A stretch of DNA of 53,009 nucleotides from Nocardioides sp. (GTDB lineage Bacteria; Actinomycetota; Actinomycetes; Propionibacteriales; Nocardioidaceae), in the NCBI GenBank assembly GCA_036506675.1, contig DASXRJ010000059.1, positions 1-53,009 on the forward strand. The letters are read 5' to 3'. Made by a program: the position numbers and the translations under genes. The notes under the pieces are model-generated. The model saw nothing but the letters and a program-made list of their open reading frames with translations, made no database searches and was not told the DNA's origin. Below are positions 50,023 through 53,009 of this stretch, piece by piece (the stretch's first letter is position 1; each line of letters starts with the position of its first letter).

Positions 50023-51746
50023 GGTGAGTCCTCACGGTTGCGGCTGTCGCCAGGCGGATACAAGGGCATGCCGTCCCGGTACCGGTAGAAGGCGACCTCG
50101 GCCGCCGGGAGAGGCGTGTTGCCCAGGATGAGGTCGGCCGCCTTCTCCGCGACCATCATCACCGGGGCGTAGATGTTGCCGTTGGTGACGTACGGGAAGA
50201 CGCTGGCGTCGACGACGCGCAGCCCCTCCAGTCCGTGCACCTTCATCGATCCGGGGTCGGTCACCGACAGGTCGTCGACCCCCATCTTCGCCGTGCACGA
50301 GGGGTGCAGGGCGGTCTCCGCGTCCTTGCGGACCCAGTCCAAGATCTCGTCGTCGGTCTCGACGGACGGTCCGGGCGACAGCTCGCCCGCGTTGTACGGC
50401 GAGAACGCCGGCTGGTTGAGGATGGTGCGAGCCACCCGGATCGCCTCGACCCACTCGCGCCTGTCGGTGGGCGTGGAGAGGTAGTTGAAGAGCAGCTTGG
50501 GGTGCTGCTTCGGGTCGGTGCTGGTGATCTTCACCCAGCCCCGGGTGTCGGCGTACATGGGGCCGACGTGCACCTGGTAGCCGTGGGCACCCTTCTCCAG
50601 CCCGGCCGGCGCGGAACCGTCGTACCGGATCGCGATCGGGAGGAAGTGGAACATCAGGTTCGGCCAGTCGACGTCGTCGTTGCTGCGGCAGAACCCGCCG
50701 CCCTCGAAGTGGTTGGTGGCGCCGAGGCCGCGGCGGTGGAAGAGCCAGTCGTAGCCGATCTTCGGCCGGGCCCGCCACCGCAGTCCGGGGGCGATCGAGA
50801 CGGGCTGCTTCGAGGCGTACTGGATGTAGACCTCGAGGTGGTCCTGGAGGTTCTCGCCGACGCCCGGGAGGTGGTGGACCATCTCGACGCCGAGCTTGGT
50901 CAGCTCCTCGGAGTTGCCGACGCCGGAGAGCTGGAGCAGCTGCGGGCTGTTGATCGCGCCACCACACAGAATCACCTCACCGGCTCCGACAGTACGCCGG
51001 CCGCGGCCGGCTCGCAGGTAGTCGACTCCGACGGCACGCTTGCCGTCGAAGTTGATCCGGGTGACGTGGGCCAGCGTCTCGACGCGGAGGTTGGGCCGGT
51101 CCATCACGGGGTGCAGGTAGGCGCGCGCGGCCGAGAGCCGGCGACCGCGGTGGATGTTGCGGTCGAACTTCGCGAAGCCCTCCTGGCGGTAGCCGTTGAC
51201 GTCGTCGGTCAGCGGGTAGCCGGCCTGCTGGACCGCCTCGAAGAACGCGCCGAAGAGCGGGTTGGCCGCCGGACCGCGCTCGAGGATCAGCGGCCCGGAC
51301 CCGCCGCGCCAGTCGTCGGCGCCGACGGTGCCGTCCTCGAGGAGCCGGGTCTCCATCCGCTTGAAGTAGGGCAGGCAGTGGAGGTAGTCCCACTCCTTCA
51401 TCCCGGGGTCGGCGGCCCAGCGTTCGTAGTCCATCGGGTTGCCGCGCTGGAAGATCATCCCGTTGATGCTCGACGAGCCGCCGAGCACCTTGCCGCGGGC
51501 GTGGTAGATCCTGCGGCCGTCCATCGCGGGCTCCGGCTCGGACTCGTACTTCCAGTCGTAGAGCCGGTTGCCGATCGGGATCGGCAGCGCGGCCGGCATG
51601 TGGATGAAGGGGTCGATCCGGAAGTCCGACCGGCCCGCCTCGAGCACGAGCACCGTCGTACCGGGGTCGGCGCTGAGGCGGTTGCCCAGCGCGCTGCCCG
51701 CCGAGCCGCCGCCGACGATCACGAAGTCATAGTGGTCGCGCCTCAT
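50019..51746 (-). CDS. betA: Choline dehydrogenase (GMC oxidoreductase)
   Basis: 'VGGGSAG', '[14 protein letters not shown]', 'GENLQDHLE', 'HPSCT', 'NGNIYAP'. Confidence 0.92.
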
Positions 51747-53009
51747 GTTTCGGCCACCTCTCCCGTCTGCTCTCCGGCGCCCGCGAACCAGCGCTGCGGC
51801 GCGGGGTTGATGTTGTGCCAGACGTGCTTGGTCTCGCGGTACTCCTCCAGGCCGGCCCGGCCCAGCTCGCGCCCGATGCCGGACTGCTTGTAGCCACCCC
51901 ACTCGGCCTGGGCGACGTACGGGTGGTAGTCGTTGATCCACACCGTGCCCATCCGCAGCCGGGCCGCGACCCGCTGGGCGCGGCCGGCGTCGCTGGTCCA
52001 TACCGCACCCGCGAGGCCGTAGATCGAGTCGTTGGCGATGCGTACGGCGTCGGCCTCGTCGGTGAACGTCTCGACGGTCAGCACCGGCCCGAACGACTCC
52101 TCCTGGGTGACCGACATGCCGCTCTTGCAGTCGTCGAGGATCGTCGGCAGGTAGTAGAAGCCGTCCGCGAGGGCCGGGTCGTCGGGACGACGCCCGCCGC
52201 AGCGGAGCCGGGCACCCTCGGCGAGCCCGGCGGCGACGTACGCCTCGACCTTGTCGCGGTGCGCGCCGCTGGTGAGCGGACCGGTCTCGGCGTGCTCGTC
52301 GAAGGGTCCGCCGAGCCGGATCCGGCGGGCGCCCTCGACCAGCGCGTCGACGAACCGGTCGTGCAGCTCCTCCTGGACCACGAGTCGGGCACCGGCCGAA
52401 CAGACCTGGCCCGAGTGCAGGAAGACCGCGGTCAGGGCGAAGTCGAGGGCGGTCTCCCAGAGCCCATCTGTTTGGCGGACGTCCGCGAAGACGATGTTGG
52501 GGTTCTTGCCACCCAGCTCGAGGGCGACCTTCTTCACCGAGCCGGAGGCCGCGGCCATGATCCGCTTGCCCGTGGCGAGTCCTCCGGTGAAGGAGACCAG
52601 GTCGACGCGCGGGTCCTCGCTGAGCGGTGCACCGGCGTTGGGCCCGTCGCCGACGACCAGGTTGGCCACGCCGGCCGGGAGGCCGGCCTCCTCGAGCACC
52701 TTCATCAGGTGGATCGAGGTGTGGGGCGTGAGCTCGCTCGGCTTGAGGACGAAGGTGTTGCCGGCCGCGAGACAGGGGGCGACCTTCCAGGCGACCTGGA
52801 GCAGCGGGTAGTTCCACGGCGTGATCAGCCCGCACACCCCGACAGGCTCGTGCACGATCCGGCTGACCACGTCGGGACTGCCGGTGTCGACGACCCGGCC
52901 GGCGTCGTCGTCGGCGATCCGCCCGAAGTGCCGGAAGACCGAGACCACGTCGGCGACGTCGTACGCAGCTTCGACGAGGCGCTTGCCGGTGTCGAGCGAC
53001 TCGGCCCGC
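51743..53009 (-). CDS. betB: Betaine-aldehyde dehydrogenase; 5' end lies outside the window
   Basis: 'PWNYP', 'ELGGKNP', 'GQVCSAG', 'EESFGPV'; ATGA-coupled to betA. Confidence 0.85.
   Translation of the reverse strand, partial: RAESLDTGKRLVEAAYDVADVVSVFRHFGRIADDDAGRVVDTGSPDVVSRIVHEPVGVCGLITPWNYPLLQVAWKVAPCLAAGNTFVLKPSELTPHTSIHLMKVLEEAGLPAGVANLVVGDGPNAGAPLSEDPRVDLVSFTGGLATGKRIMAAASGSVKKVALELGGKNPNIVFADVRQTDGLWETALDFALTAVFLHSGQVCSAGARLVVQEELHDRFVDALVEGARRIRLGGPFDEHAETGPLTSGAHRDKVEAYVAAGLAEGARLRCGGRRPDDPALADGFYYLPTILDDCKSGMSVTQEESFGPVLTVETFTDEADAVRIANDSIYGLAGAVWTSDAGRAQRVAARLRMGTVWINDYHPYVAQAEWGGYKQSGIGRELGRAGLEEYRETKHVWHNINPAPQRWFAGAGEQTGEVAET

Overview
GC-rich actinobacterial chromosomal window. 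Gene content and style suggest Nocardioidaceae (inference). It is densely coding, and I found no tRNA/rRNA, transposase, integrase, prophage or CRISPR array. Gene blocks in order: TetR divergon; membrane protein with a NarL two-component system; AAA+ ATPase; CebR-box-controlled cellobiose ABC/GH1/LacI operon; Fpg/Nei glycosylase; three paralogous acidic lipoproteins; aat and ecsC; three sulfotransferase-fold genes; 3-methylcrotonyl-CoA carboxylase/HMG-CoA lyase operon, separated from its TetR by a PhoX-like gene; SNF2-SWIM; Gpx; a GYW-repeat secreted protein, a TrmB/LuxR regulator and an M4+S1 dual protease; RecQ-PRTase (RqlH-type); M13 peptidase; quinone oxidoreductase; and a choline/betaine/dimethylglycine cluster with ETF. 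The most striking unexplained signal is a non-palindromic octamer, CGNCGTAC/GTACGNCG, repeated on both strands about every 300 bp (hand count, first ~10 kb). It often sits on otherwise rare codons, like cyanobacterial HIP1. Other leads are a dispersed 22-bp tandem repeat, a structured 375-bp intergenic region with a perfect 24-bp palindrome, PafBC-type DNA-damage promoters and phased TGGCCA boxes. All calls are by eye from motifs, with no database searches.
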